From assembly GCA_050273025.1 (NCBI GenBank), contig CP158635.1, forward strand, positions 21,576,001-21,640,000: a stretch of DNA of 64,000 nt, written 5' to 3'. The position numbers were made by a program, and so were the translations under genes. Every line of letters begins with the position of its first letter. The first letter of the stretch is position 1. The notes under the pieces are model-generated. The model made no database searches. It saw only the letters and a program-made list of their open reading frames with translations, and was not told where the DNA came from. The stretch is from Cenococcum geophilum. Its lineage: Eukaryota. Positions 50,278 to 64,000 of the stretch are shown piece by piece.

Positions 50278-53200
50278 ATGTGCGACTTAATCCCTGTTGG
50301 AATAGCTATAAATGGCTATAAGGCTGTGCCGAGAACCGCCTAGTAATGGATTATATGGGTTATAGCTGCTGCGAGCTACGGGACGCGTTAGGCAGTGTTA
50401 TATTACAGCGTTATAATAAAGGCGAAGCTAGACGCCGAAGTAGATCCTTAGCGAAACTATAGGCTAATGCTAGTCACTTAGCTTAGTTAAAGCTGCGCCG
50501 CCAGAAGCTGGAAGCCTTTGCCCTCCTTAGCGCCTTTTTAACCTAGACCTAGACCTTACTTTTCCCTAATAATTAGAGGATTGCATTACAATTGGAGAAG
50601 CCGCTAGGCTTTAGTCTAATCTAGCCCCCTGTTTAACTAAGAAGGCACGGGTTATATGGAAACATCCTTTATATAGACCTAAGACTTATAAGGCGGAATC
50701 TGGGGGTAAACGGCCTATCTAGTAGCATAGCCTGGCTTTTAGTGGAGCTGGTGTTATAATCCTGCTTTTAGCTAATAAATACTAGAGAAAAATTCGCGTA
50801 TTTAATCTCCTAATGGAGACGGACTTTATGCGGTGGCTGTATTAGCTAAAAGGGCCGAGATGGATATAGGCGTAATCGCCTGATTTACTCGCGCTATCTG
50901 CCCCCTTATGTTATTTATAATATCCGGCTATGGGCAAGAGTAAAAGCGAGGCTTTTGCGTATATTTGGAAGGTTAAGCAGCGGCTATAAGCTCCGTAGAG
51001 TGTGACTAAGGAAGTTCCTCGGATCTAGGGGAGAGATTTAAGGATGCCCTTATTACTTAGAGTGTCTTTTAATACTTACAGTAGAATTACGGCACGCCCT
51101 TTACCTATTTAATACTAGGAATTATAGTCTCGCGGAGGATCTAGCGTAGAGGATCCAGCTCGCTAGTATATTAGGGTGGAAAACGGACACATTAGCGCTA
51201 GCCCTAACTCTAAGGAATAAGGGTAGAGGAGGCACTTCGCCACTAACCTCCTTAATAAGGAGGCTTAGTGCGATACCCCTATTAGAGGCAGAATGTGCTA
51301 GCTTAGTTAGTTAGGTCTTAATTACAGTTTCCTAATAGGCGTTAATCTTATAATAGTTTAAGCCCGTATAAACCTTTATATATTATAAACGGTAATTGCT
51401 AACAAAGTATAGATTATACGTTTTAATTTGCTATTAAGCTAGTAGGGTTATTTTAGTATAGATGCTGCGGATATAAGCTAGTGGCGAAAAGGGGACTAGC
51501 GTGGACTTAAAAGCCTAGCGTGACCCGTCCTTTAGGGCTATTAGAAAGGCACAAGGCAATAATAATTCTAATAATAATAGCGGTAGCAATAGTGGCATCT
51601 TCTTAACCTCTTTACTTTTATTTAGAAATTTTACTTAATAATATTAATTTCTATACCGCACCCCCTGAAAAACTAAGGGCATCTTAGCATTATGCAATTA
51701 TAGCCCCTAAGAAAATTACGAGCAGTAAACCCGAAAAGAGAAATAGGGGAGTACCTCTTTTTCCCCTGAAAAGTTAAGAAACACGGGAAGCTTAGGCACT
51801 TAATAGCATATTATCCCACCTAGGGCCTTAATTTAGAGATCCTGTCTAATAAAGCGCCTATAGACCCTATATATAATTATAAGAAAGCTTATAATAAGTA
51901 TTACAAAAATGATAAGGATGGCGAGGATAACAAGGAAGATTTCTATGGGGATAGAAATAACAGTTAAGTCCCTAGGGGAAGTAGTTAAGGTAATTATCCT
52001 AATAATTACCCCACTACTTTCCCTCTTTCCCTAGTAGTTCCAAATATATAGTTTTAACGACTAGTAGCAAATCCAATAGTTATTAAAGGTGATATAATTA
52101 ATCTGGACTTAGAAACTAAGGGCGATAAAGCTAGTAACGCTAATAATAAAGCTAACGAAGTTAACGAGGCTGGTGAAGCCGATAACCGACTAATGTCCCG
52201 TAAATTGGGTATGTGCATCCCCTTTAATTTATAATGGCCTTATTTAATAATTAGTAAATAACAGGAATAATAGTAGTAATAAGGATGATAAAGATAATAA
52301 GGAGCTGCCTTTATTAGAAGCGCTAGAAGAGGAGGTACGCGTACCTATATATAATCTTACTACACCCTTAACGCTAGACAGCAATTAAACGGATAATTTA
52401 GCTAAGGGGCGTCGCATTAAAACTGCTCTATAGTTTAGGTAGAAGTTTAGGACATTAGTAGCTGCTAGTTAAGAGTCTTTAGGAGCTGAGAAGTTAAAGA
52501 AGCGGAGGTTTAATTAGCTTAAGTAACTAAATAACACTAATTATATTTCTAATACTTCTATTAGCGAGGGTGGTAAGAGCCTATAACCTAAAAAGCAATA
52601 AAGATTACTAGCTTCCCAGAGGACCTCGCCTCCCAGCCCTCCTACCCCTAACTTTAGCGGTGGCGATAACCGTATTAAAGAGCAAGCGGCCTCTGCTACG
52701 CGGCCTACTAGCCCTTTACTTTAGCAATCTTCGTCTTCTTATAATATTAGACCGCTGTAAGACAATCTTAATAATCTTATTAACGGCTTGGCTAAAGAAT
52801 ATAATTATAATAATAATAATAAGGACAGCGAGAACGTTATAGATAAAGGTAAGGCTAAGAACTGCAATAATAGAAGCGACGATAGCGGCGATACGGATAA
52901 TAACGGCGCTAGGGACAGTAACAGCAGTGATGGCAATAGCAGCGATAGTAATAGTAGCGATAGCGATAAGGGCAACGAGGCCTACGGGTGTATAGGGCAA
53001 CGAGGATCACTAGCGCTTATTGGTGGTAGATCGAAACCAAAGCATGCTACGAAGCATCGTCTTTAGCGGTCTCACCCATAGTAAGCGGTATTTACTCTAC
53101 AGCCCGCTAGCCCTTCGCTTTAGGAGCCTACCCTTTTCTATAGTATTAAGCCGCCGTATAAGGAGGCTAGCAACTATACTTATAATAAGGACGAGGACGG

Positions 53201-53456
53201 TAATAGTAGTGGCGTCTCTAATAACTGGAGCGACGTTTTAAACCTAGAGCCTACTATAAAGCGTCGTACCAGGACTAAAAAGGATAAAATTAATAAAACG
53301 AGCTTGGATGATAAATGGGAGATTAACAATATTCTAGGGGAAAGAATAACTAAGTTAGGGCGCAAATATAAGGTGGCTTAGATGCCTACCTAGGTCTATA
53401 AGAGCGGGCTTTTAAATTCTAAAAGTGCCTTTAAGTCTTACTAAAGACGCGTTTAG
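50278..53456 (+). pseudogene. RIP-degraded gene for an unknown protein with acidic low-complexity tracts and a C-terminal chromo-like domain
   Basis: Long codon-like frame with TAG/TAA stops; D/E/N/S-rich tracts at about 51900-52980; DDKWEINNILGERITKLGRKYKVA*MPT*VYKSGLLN at about 53305-53420. Boundaries are approximate and this may be more than one gene. Confidence 0.5.
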
Positions 53457-53669
53457 TAAGCCAAAGCTAGATTATTATAGGTGCATTCTTTTCCTAAAGT
53501 TGTAAAAGTAAAGGGTAGAGTTACTGTATAGAAGGGACGGGACTAGAGCTTAGGCATATTTTTATATTTTGGTTAGTAGTAGTTCTTTTACTAGTTAAGG
53601 TAACAATTAGCAATACTACCCTTTATATATTAGAAAATAAACAAAACCGGGTTTACTAGGCTATTATAT

Positions 53670-56600
53670 TAATAGGTAGCATCTATATAGTTATAGTGTC
53701 TGCATTTTCTTCTGCTTTAGTTATATTTATACGCTATATTGCGGCAAGCCTGCTATTTCTAAAAGGACTCCCTTATAGGCAATAACCTTAACGTATAAAT
53801 ATTCCTAATATTATACTTAAAACAATAAGAGAGGATGCTATTAATAGTCCTCTTCTTAGCGCTTGGCACCTAATTTATATTAGCTACAGATAGACTTATA
53901 TAGAGTTTAAAGACGAAATTTATTACTTTATATTTTCTTAAGCATCTTAATTCTTCCGAAGGTCTATTTAGGTAGGAAATTTCGCGCCATAATTCCGCGA
54001 TATATCTACTATATTATTCACCTCTTTTTCTAATCCTAAATGGTAAAATCTAGTAGTTAAAAAGGTAGATCTATCTAATACCCGAAACACGGCTATAGGA
54101 GGTTTATAATTATTCTCGGGAACCCCGTAGTTAAAGATAATCCAAATATATCTTACTACTTTTGTAATTAAATACTGTATAGGCTTTATATCTACCGTAG
54201 TGTTAGTAAAACCGAGCGTTTGCTTAGAGAATATATAAATTAACTCTATATCCGCCTAATTAGTATCTAACTAATAAGAGTTAAATAAAGCCGGGCAAGT
54301 GGTAATAAGAACTTAAATTAGGGGCGATATAGTATATAGTGTTGTGCGCGCGACAGTTAAAGCTATAGTTATATTTAAGAAGGTCTTGCGACTCTGGAGT
54401 AGGGTAGGCATATTTATAATAACTCCCCGCCTAATCTAGGGTTCCTCTGGTCTACATAATATTATTATCCATATATTATCCGCTATAGCTATTTATTTCC
54501 TCCCAGATATCCTAATCCGTATAGCCACAGCCTATAAAATAGTAGGTGCGTATAAGACATATAAAGCAGTTAGTATTAAGGTTATAATGAATAAAATATA
54601 TATATAAGTTTGACTATTTCTTAAGTTAAAGCTAGATTAAATAAATAATCGGCTAGCTAAGGCTCTAAAATATTTAACTTTATTGCCTTATATTAAGGTA
54701 GTTAGTCCTGCACCTTTAGCTATATATTTACTCCTAACTCTAGGGTCTTATATATTTAGCTTCCTATAAAGCCTTACCCTATAGTTATATCCTGTAAGGT
54801 ACTAGATACATTTAGCGCGGTATTTAATAAAAATGAAGGCCTTATAAAGTTTGCCTCAGCCTTCTATATCCCGCGTTAGTGTATTTTAGATAAAGACCGC
54901 TGCATATAAAACACTATTAATTATCTAGCCTATTCCGCTTTCGGCTTAACGCGTTCGTATTTAGTAGCTTTATAGGCCTATTATATTATAAGTATTTACC
55001 CTAAGAAAACTAGTAAGCCGTTTTAGTATTTGCTTTTACGCAGATATAAGGCAGCGGCTAGCATTAAAGAGAATTCGGGTATAAGATAAGGAGGTTTACT
55101 TAATAAATATTTGTTATAATTAAGGACTATAGTAAGTGCCGGTTAAAGGTATATAACTTAGTATAGTAAGCGGATAGGCACATAGGTGGTTCTTGGCCGG
55201 AATAACTTATTTTCCTAAGACGCCTTAAATAGAAGGCAATTATATAAGGGCTGTATAGAAAGGTCCGTAAAAGTATTACTTTTTTAAGGGCGGTAAGCAA
55301 GAGCCACTTATATTACTATTTATAACGCTATAGACTCCAAAGGATGCAAGGCTAAAACTATATTAGCTACCTCTAGTTATATAATATAACCTTACTAAGC
55401 GGTAGTCCGAATATAAAGTCGCGCATTAATAATTAAATTAACTCGCGTATACGACGTAAAGGCGCATAAAATAACTGCAGGGATTTAGTTTTTAATTAAT
55501 TTACCCTATAAATAAGAACAAGCCATGAGAATCCAATCCCTAAAGACTAGCTAAGAGGCTATATATATTTGGTAACTCCAATCCCCTAGACTACGGCCAA
55601 TATAAGCTAAAATGCGCGTTATAGCGGACGCCTTACCCATTCTCCTACTTAGCTGGTGGCCTCGTTATATACATAACAGTTTATACTAGAAAGTTTTTAA
55701 TAGTAGGGCTAGGCAGGGCCGCAGCCTAGCCTATAAAGTAGTCGCTTAGCGGTTCTTTTATATAAACTTCCCGTTAGGCACTAACGGGCTAAGTAGCCAT
55801 ATACTTATTAACTTCAGCAATATATATATTCCCTTATAGCCTTCCTTTAACTCTTCTTTACTAATAGCTTATAAGGCAGTTCCGCAAAGTTACTCTATAT
55901 TTAAGCTTATAATCTACTACTTTCGCGCTCTACTTTATTTAAAGCCACTTAGAAGTTACATTTTTGCAGTTATTAAGGTAAATATTAACTAAGCTATCCT
56001 ATCCTTAGCTAATAGGCTATAAGTCTTTACGCGAATTATAGCCTTCCTTTCCCTTAACACGCTTACTTTACTTACGCCTTATCCTAACTTTTAAGATCCT
56101 CGCTTAATTTTGAAATTTAAAGCTTGCCTTTCTTAGCTTTAACGAATATATTCGGCTTAGGGGAATTCTATTAACATCCGGTTAGTCTACCCTTAATATA
56201 CAATACACTATTATAAATCTTTAATTATATATTGGGAGGTATATATATTTATTTAAAACACTTTATATCCCTTTAACGCTAATTTATAGCTATATTTAGG
56301 CTAAAGCTAAAGCGCTTAAAGGGGAGGAGGAATATATAGACGGCAAACTCTTTAAGGGAGTAGATTATGCCAGAAAAATAACAGGGAAAGGCGAGTTAAT
56401 TTAGATCTATAATCCCAAAGAAGATATAAGCTCCCCACCATACTAAAAATATAAAGACGACTTTAAAGATAGGGAAAAGGTCGTTTCTACTAGATATAAA
56501 GTTCGCGTAATAGGAGCTACTATAAAGTTTATACCCGTCTTAAGTTGAATTTCTTAACCAGTTCTATTCCCTTCTCGCTACTAACCATTAAAGTAATAGA

Positions 56601-58650
56601 CATATCTTGGCTCCGGTCCTTAGGCGCTAACGCATTTATATAGTCTATCGTTAATCTTCCTCCTAGGTTATATTCCTATTTCTACTAATAGCTACTTTAG
56701 ATTGTATTAGATATAAGGTTGCCTAAGAGTAACATTTAACTAATTAGTGCTTCTAAATATCTGTATTCGATTTCTATAGTAAATATTCTTAGTAATACCT
56801 TACGCATAATGAAAAATTCTTACTTACGCCTTCCTATAAGTATTGCGCCTGTATCTAGGCCATAGGCTTGAATATTAACTATTAGTTATTTTCTATAATA
56901 TAATAGTGAGGCTTAGCATACCTAGCGCTAACTACTCGGCCTATTAAGTATCTTCTTTAATACGTCTTCGTTTCCTTAGTTGCATTAAAATAGCTTTTAG
57001 GCTTAATTAACTATTAAAAGCTAGCAAATAATTAACTTCTCACTAATACTCACTTTAAATCTACCTAACCTTTAAGAAATGTATAGTATTCTTAAGATTA
57101 TACGAATAATTCTTTAACTTAAAAGATATATAGGATCTCTCCTATCTTTAGAGGCCACACCTTTACTTTATTAGGCTCTATCTCCTTAATAAGGTGGTTA
57201 AAAATATAATTCTATATACAGCCTGCTGTCTAAATAGAAGGTGCGAAGGCTGCTGCCTAAGAAATTAACCCGTTAGGATTTAACTCCTAAATAAGCTTAT
57301 ATCTTATATACGTCTGCTTATTCCTTAAGGTAATCCATCTAAGATTAAGGGCAGAGTCTTTTGGGCCTTTAAATATTAATGCAATATTTTTCCTAAAAGC
57401 TATTATGCTCCTAAGTTATTTATTTTTAATTATACTTTTCCTAGTTACCTTAGCTTATAATAGGAATTTCCCGCCTTCCTTGCGAATTTACTCTACACGT
57501 CCTTCCTCTAGGCGTTTAATTTATTCCGCAACTTTTGCTACAGCCTCTTAAAGTCTACTGTTTAAGGCTTTAAGACTACAGTACTGCTCCTTAGATTGGC
57601 AGGCTTTAATATTATAAATACTTTCCGCTATTGACTTAGCTTTTTGGATAAGAGATTCTAGACAAGATATAATAGTGGATATTATTAATAATATGGTAGG
57701 CCTAAAAACTTTAAGGGGTTAAGAATTCCAAAAGGTGCTTATGATCTTTATAAGATGGATTAAGGGCTTAAGGGCTTGAGGGCTTATATAGTTTAAGAGT
57801 GTAGGCTAACTTAGCGCCAAGCCCAGGATATACAAGGCTGATTTATTAGGTAGCAACTTTAAAACTTGCAACTAGGGTTATATAGCTACTTTTATAAGAT
57901 CTGCACCTTTCCTAAGCGCCTACTAAAGGAATTCTTCTACACTACCCTTGCCTTTTATTAATTAAAGACGTTTATCTAGCTCCTGCGTATTAACTAAGAC
58001 TAGGACTAAGATCCCGCTATATACGGCCTTACTCTATTCCCGTAGCTATGGTAGGAGCGTACCTTAAGCCTGTTACTAGGCTTAGTCTCCACTACGCCGT
58101 AAGGATATTAGTATTATTTAGCGTTTACTCTAATACCTACTACTAGGATTTTATATCTAAACCGTTAGCGATATCTTAATAGGCAGCCCCCCTCCCTATA
58201 ACTGTACCAAGTGGAGCCTTTTACCGTGTTAGAATGATGCTAATATCTATCTAGCGTCTTCTAGGATTAATAAGGGAAGGCCGTATAGCTAAAGGGGTAC
58301 AGTGAATATTCGTAGTATAGCTGCATCGCTAGGTATAAAAGAAGGCGGATCTTTTAAAGAAACGATACCGTCTACACTTAGCCCCTCACTCTAACTTTGC
58401 ACTTTAAATTAGTGTTACGTTACTAAAGCTTTATAGAGCAATAATGCCAGTTACACCTAAGCCTGTTATACTATTGCCTTTACTGCCTTATAATAGCATA
58501 AACACTCCCCCTAGTAGCCTAAGCTAAACGCATCCGCATTATAGGCAGTTAGCGTAGGATCTTATAGTTAAAATGCTTGCAGCCGTGTTAAAGATAGTCT
58601 AAGCGGCCCTACTTCCTTCACCTCCTCTACCTCCTTAACCTCCCTATATG
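53670..58650 (-). pseudogene. RIP-degraded coding-like region, probably 1-2 genes of unknown product
   Basis: Long minus-strand frames with protein-like composition broken by RIP-type stops (e.g. WIIFNYGVPENNYKPPIAVFRVLDRSTFLTTRFYHLGLEKEV at about 54020-54150). No domain recognised. Confidence 0.4.
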
Positions 58651-58765
58651 AGTTTAGGGGTTAAAGAGATACCCAAAGTAAGAGGTTCTAAGGTTAAAGT
58701 TAAGGTATTAGATAAGATATATGCTCGCGAAACCCCTAAAACACACTTGGAAATACGCTAATATA

Positions 58766-60939
58766 ATGTCTGCTACAGCTAGAATAAATAAAGCTACTAG
58801 TATAAGACTACAGAGACTTCGCCGGATACGTTAAGTGAGCGTAATATATATAATTAGTATATTTATATCCTTTGGAAGAAAATTGGTCTGTTTCTTAGGT
58901 GCCTTTAAACATATCAACTTAGATACTAACTTTAAGCTAGAAAAGGACAAGAAAGACTATAGTACGTACCTAGGCATAAATTTAGGAGAAGTAAGAGACG
59001 CCTTATAGGTGGTGCTAAATGGCGTATAAGCTATCTCCCTTTGGGAAGATAAGCCTATAGTAAGTAAACCTTTTTATAGATATAGCTTATTCTAATTTAA
59101 CTTTTAAATTCCTATAAACCTTATATTTAATTTCCTACCTTAGTTGAAAATATACTAGGAGAGTCTTTCTCCCGACTTAATTGGCACTAAGCACCTTTAG
59201 GGGTTACTAAGATTCCTTAAAGACCATTTTGCGCCTATAACCAATAGTCTCCTACCGCTTCTAGATTATAGCGAAATTAATTTTAATCTCCTTTAGGCCT
59301 TATTTAAACCAAATACGTATATCCTTACGATTTGCGAAGGCTCGGATTAACTAAGATGCCTTATATATAATTTAGGCAACTTTAAAACCTTACTTTTTGG
59401 CGAAAAGAGCTTTAAACTTAACTGTTACTATTTCGGCTATAATGGGAAGGCGTTTAGCGAGGTAAAAACCACCCTCTCTATTCCGGAATTCCATTCAACT
59501 ATAAAAATTACGTCTCTTAAGGTATTTCCGCTAGAGCGTTATAAGAGACAAGCTAAGATAAAGCAGAATCTTATTAGCAATGGCCGGAAGTTCGTATCTT
59601 TAAGAGGCATTAACCACCATAAATATAAAGGGATCGCCTTTTTCTGAACCAAAGATGGCCTATTGAGATTTTCTATAAGTGGTTGTATTATAGTGGACGC
59701 GATAGTATTTTATTATTAGAATGCTAACTATAGTAAGCAGCTAATTGTTATAGATGTGTATAGAATTGGCGTATATAATTAAGGGACTAATTTGCAAGGC
59801 GACGTAAAGAATTAGGGTTTAGTTCCTAAGGAGATAGGAGATAATAAGTACCTAATCTGTCCACTAACAGCCCTAGCCTTTAGTTTGGCTGATAAAAAAT
59901 AGGGTTAGGCTTTTTATACTTTTTTTCTAGAGCTAGCGAATTATATATACTAATATAAGCACTAATAGGTGAATTTGCCGTCGCTAATATTAAGGACATT
60001 AAATGGAATCCCTTGGTATTTAAGTCACTCGCAATTAAGGAGGATAAGAAAATAGTGCTTTAAGGACTTATAAAGAGCTACTAGTCTGGGTCCAGGGAAT
60101 TAAAGTTTAATAATATAATTAAAGGGAAGGGGAAAGGCCTAGTTTTCTTACTATAGTAAGTTTTCTAGTAAGGCATTGGCTGTTTTAAAGGCTAACCGTT
60201 TTAGTGGCCTACCTGGGGTAAGAAAGACATTAATAGCTAAAGCACTTGCCAAATCTTAGAGGAGACCCCTCTATATAGTATGTTCCCCTTTATAAGTATA
60301 TCTATATACTAGTCTAACTATAAAAAGGCTTATATAGGAGACCTTAATATAGATCTAGCCTGTTTAGAATAAAACCTGGCTCTAATAGTTAAAAACGTTT
60401 ACTACTAGAGCGCTGTTCTTCTTTTAGACGAGGCCGATGTCTTTCTTATAAAAAGAACTTTAAATAATATTTAACGTAATAGCCTAGTATCCGTTTTTCT
60501 GTAATAGATGGAGTATTTCTAAGGCATTATATTTCTTACAACAAACAGGATTATTATATTTAATGCAGCTATACAGAGCAGAATATATCTTGTACTTAGA
60601 TATAACGAGCTAAAAAAACTAGTAAGAGAGTAGGTATAGAAGGACTTTCTAAAGTAAGCTAATGCTGCTACTAATATCTCTAGAAGGGATATGGAGCGGC
60701 TTTTAGACTATTAATTAAATGGAAGATAGGTAAGGTAATATTTAAGTGAAAGTTTTAAGCCCGGCGCTAATATACTATATTAGATTAAGAACACCATATA
60801 GATTAGCTATGGCTTAGCTAAAAGTAAGGGGGAGAAACTTATATATAAGCATTTGGATAAGGCTCTTATATTAAATAAAGATTTTAAAAGTGACTTTAAA
60901 GGTGCTAGATTAGTTAAGAATATAAACTTATATATATAG
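58766..60939 (+). pseudogene. RIP-degraded intron-containing fungal AAA+ ATPase gene
   Basis: Walker A relic GLPGVRKTLIAKALA (GPPGVGKTLTAEALA) at about 60205-60250; Walker B AVLLLDEADVFL at about 60410-60447; RNSLVSVFL..MEYF.GI.FLTTNRI..F.AAIQSRI. GT-AG introns with ctaa branch sites (e.g. 60156-60204). Confidence 0.85.
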
Positions 60940-61059
60940 ATTCGCTTATATATATATAGCATTAAATGTCTTATAAATCTTATAGCTAGTGGCATTATTA
61001 CTTATTACTTTCTTAAAATTACTTGCTTACTTCTGTAATAATAAGGCCTATATAGTAGG

Positions 61060-61800
61060 CTATAGCGCGGGCGAATTACTTATAGATTTGGGAATAGGAG
61101 AACGAAAGCTATAGGGCATTAGTTTTTATAGGGGAGTGGAAGATATAAGCGTTAGTTCCCGTAAGGAATTAAAAGCTATAAGGTGACAAAGAAAGCGGGT
61201 AATAATCCCTATAGAGAACCGTAAGCTATACGAGATTAGTTTCTGTAGGGAAGCGGAAGAAATTGCTATTAGTTTCTATACGGCAGTAAAAGCCGTACGG
61301 GAGTAGGAGCTATAGGGTATAGTTCTTATAGGGCAGTAGAAGATACGGTTACTATATATAGGAACGGAATTTATAGGGGATTTATTCTGTAGTAGATCTA
61401 AGAATAGAAGAACAGAAGCTATAGGGCATTGGTTCCTATAGGGGAGAGGAAAATATAGCTGTGGGCTCCCATAGGGGAGCAAAAGCCATACGGAAATGCA
61501 AGCCGTAGGGGATTGGTTCCCGTAGGGCGGTAGAATATATAGGCATTGGCACCTATAGGGGATTCATTAGCGTAAGGGATTTATTACTATAGGGGATTTA
61601 TTACTATAGGGGAGTGGATCCTATAGGGGAGTAGATCCTATAGGGGATTTATTAGAGTAGGGGATCGGATCCCATAGGGGATTATTAGGAGTAGGGGATT
61701 GGTTCCTATAAGGCGGCGAAATACGTAGGCATTAGCTCCCGTAGGGGATTTGTTTAAATAGGGGACTTATTTAAGTAGGGGATTGGTTAGAGAATAGGAT
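61060..61800. repeat. Degenerate array of short, partly palindromic repeats
   Basis: Many recurrences of (c)ctatagggg, cccgtagggg, taggggatt and agctatagggcatt. Confidence 0.7.
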
Positions 61801-62109
61801 TAATTCTCTTATAGCCTCTATTTAGGCGGCATAAGGCGGCTTCTAATAGGCTAGGGAGTGGATTACGTGTTTTATGGAAATATAAAGCCTATATAGGATA
61901 GTAGGGTATAAGGACCTAATAATCTAGCGGAAGATTAGGTTATCCGCTTTCCTAGGTTTATTTAGCCCCGGCGACTTACCCTATACTATTTTATATACGT
62001 TTTAACTAAGGCTACTCCCTAGCCTTAGCCGCCTAAATTTTTACTTATGTAATAGAAGAGTAGAGGATAATAAAATGTTATTCTATCTTCTCCACTAGCA
62101 CCTTTAGCT

Positions 62110-63254
62110 ATTAAGCATTTTACTAACCTATTTCTTCCTAAACTTAAATTCCTAAATAGTTTCTACCTCTTCTATAACCTTCTTGCTAATATCCTTCCAT
62201 TTATTAATCCCCTCTTCTCCCTTCTCTATTTGCAACCCCTTAGTAGTTATAATATTTAGTTAATATCCCGCCTATATACCCCTATAAAGCGGTAGTTTAC
62301 GCAGCACGCTTTTATCTAGGTTACTACTCTAATAAATCCTTAATAGGACAACTTCGCTAAACCTTAACCCCTTAATTAGCGGGCCTTTTACAAGACCTGG
62401 TTTAAGAGCTATAGTATTAGCTCTAATAAACTCCCTTATTATAAGATCCCTTAATACCCACTCCTTACTAGGTAGGAAAAACTGTTTTAGCTTTAGAGAG
62501 GCTAATATAAGTACTTATAAGCGTTCTAGTTCTGGGAAAGCTTTTAAATTTTTTTCTGCTATCTTAGATAGACGTGTTATATCCTCTTAACCGGATATCC
62601 TAAAATAGAAGCGAATATTTGGCCAGAATAACGTAGGCCCTAGTGCTTTAGCGATGTTGTTATAGCGTACTTATATAAGTTTGTAGAGATTTATAGGTCC
62701 ATTAGACGCGTATAATACCTATATACCGCCATCCTTATAATTATTATCCAAGTCTAAACCGGCCTAGAGTTCTTCCATTTCGTCGGTAGTAAGGAGACCT
62801 ATAGGGTTATCTAGGGGCTTAGCGGAGGTATAAGAGCCAACGTAGATTAAGGCTTTATCTACTAGTGGATAAAGGCTAAATAGGATTTTTTGTTTAAGTT
62901 CTTACCGACCAATACGCTAGAAATAAAGATCTACTAACAAGAGGCAGAAAATATCCGTATAGTCGTTAAGAAAGGAGAATATCCTATAGTGGATTTTAAT
63001 AGGAAGAGATATAAATGGCGCGTAGGTTAACCTAAGGTAAATATATTAGAATAAATAGATTTAACTATTAATGGGGCCTACCTAGTATTAAGAAAAGCTT
63101 AACTGCTAGAATTCTTAATCTAATCGGTGACCGGGACTGCTAGTTATATTACGATAATGCCTACGGACCTATTAAATAGGTACTCTTTAAGTTTGTTAAA
63201 GGAATGGAAGATAGTACAGTTATAGAGCATTATAATATGCCAGTTCTACCCTAT
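62110..63254 (-). pseudogene. RIP-degraded fungal F-box-like hypothetical gene
   Basis: De-RIPed reading MGQNW...KL.EYLF..S...LAVPV; F-box-like SLPI.IH.RIFSFL.D.TDIFCL at about 62945-63015; EWVLRDL..REFIRA.TIALKP...GP.I.GL.F.EVVL.RI..SS...RG..AG..L.I near the C-terminus. Family assignment is from memory. Confidence 0.6.
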
Positions 63255-64000
63255 TTCCCCTTGCTAGCTAGCTAATAAAGAGCCTTTAGTGCGCTTAAGG
63301 GGATATTAATAGAAGTTTAAGTAGGAATAGAATTAAGGGTCGTGCGACAATAGGTTAATTAACGGGGCAAGTTGCCAGAGAAACTACGCGGCACAACTTA
63401 ATTCAATTAGATATTAGAATATAAGACTCGCTATAAAGCTATCTACTCCGCTAATACCTTTAGATCCTTCCTTGCTTCCTAAAGCACCTCCTTTATCTAA
63501 GAAGAAAAGTTTTTATCTATTCCCTTTTACCTCCCACCGCCTAGAAATACCACTTTTCGCAATCTATTAACCTAAGGGATTAGTGGCTAATAGTACGGCG
63601 AAAAGTTATCTTCTATAGTCTTAAGAAAATCCCCTTTATCAGTCACTCTTCCCTTTTTTAGGTCGGCCAACTTTGCAGTATTTTTATAGTTCCAGCACTT
63701 AAACTTAGTTAGACTAACACCTTTACTTAGCTTATTATAGTATACGTAAATCTAGAATAGTACCTAAAAGAATAATTTAAAATCATGCTAGGCTAAGTAT
63801 TTCTCGCCTAGGAGCACTCCTATAGCTATAAACGCTCTTATACTGGTCTTACCTTATACTCCTAAAGCTCCTTTCCACTACTCTTTAATCGCGAGATTAA
63901 GATCAATTAAGAATGACAGCTAGGAAGGATTATCCTCTTCCTTATTTATTAAGACGTTGCCTATTAAAACGTTATATTAGAGGATGCCGGCTTTTATATA

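Noticed and set aside
52660..53365. ORF-track proteins such as the hydrophobic 94-aa ORF at 52716-53000
   Set aside because: Alternative frames or the antisense strand of a low-complexity tract inside a RIP-degraded gene.
49816..53456. Starship captain (DUF3435 tyrosine recombinase) as first gene of the right block
   Set aside because: I could not identify tyrosine-recombinase motifs by eye. It is not excluded without an HMM search, but it is not supportable here.

Overview
Eukaryotic DNA from a filamentous ascomycete, probably a Dothideomycete (inference). A 17.7 kb island of six protein-coding genes (about 25044-42720) sits between two AT-rich blocks mutated by RIP (repeat-induced point mutation: TpA excess, CAG/TGG->TAG stops). 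Island genes: two hypothetical proteins, a pyridoxamine 5'-phosphate oxidase-like protein, POL32/Cdc27, tubulin cofactor D and TYW1. The left block is a stack of nested Copia and Gypsy LTR elements, several with resolvable LTRs and TSDs. The right block holds a hAT relic split by a 6.4 kb chimeric retro-insertion: a 1.77 kb non-LINE leader fused to a 5'-truncated Tad1-like LINE, bounded by a 15-bp TSD. That insertion is in turn interrupted by a 2.2 kb TIR element built mostly from four different minisatellite arrays. The last 14 kb is a RIP-destroyed multi-gene block (chromo-like protein, AAA+ ATPase, F-box-like protein), which suggests a large cargo-carrying mobile element or a segmental duplication. 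All calls were made by eye; no database searches were run.
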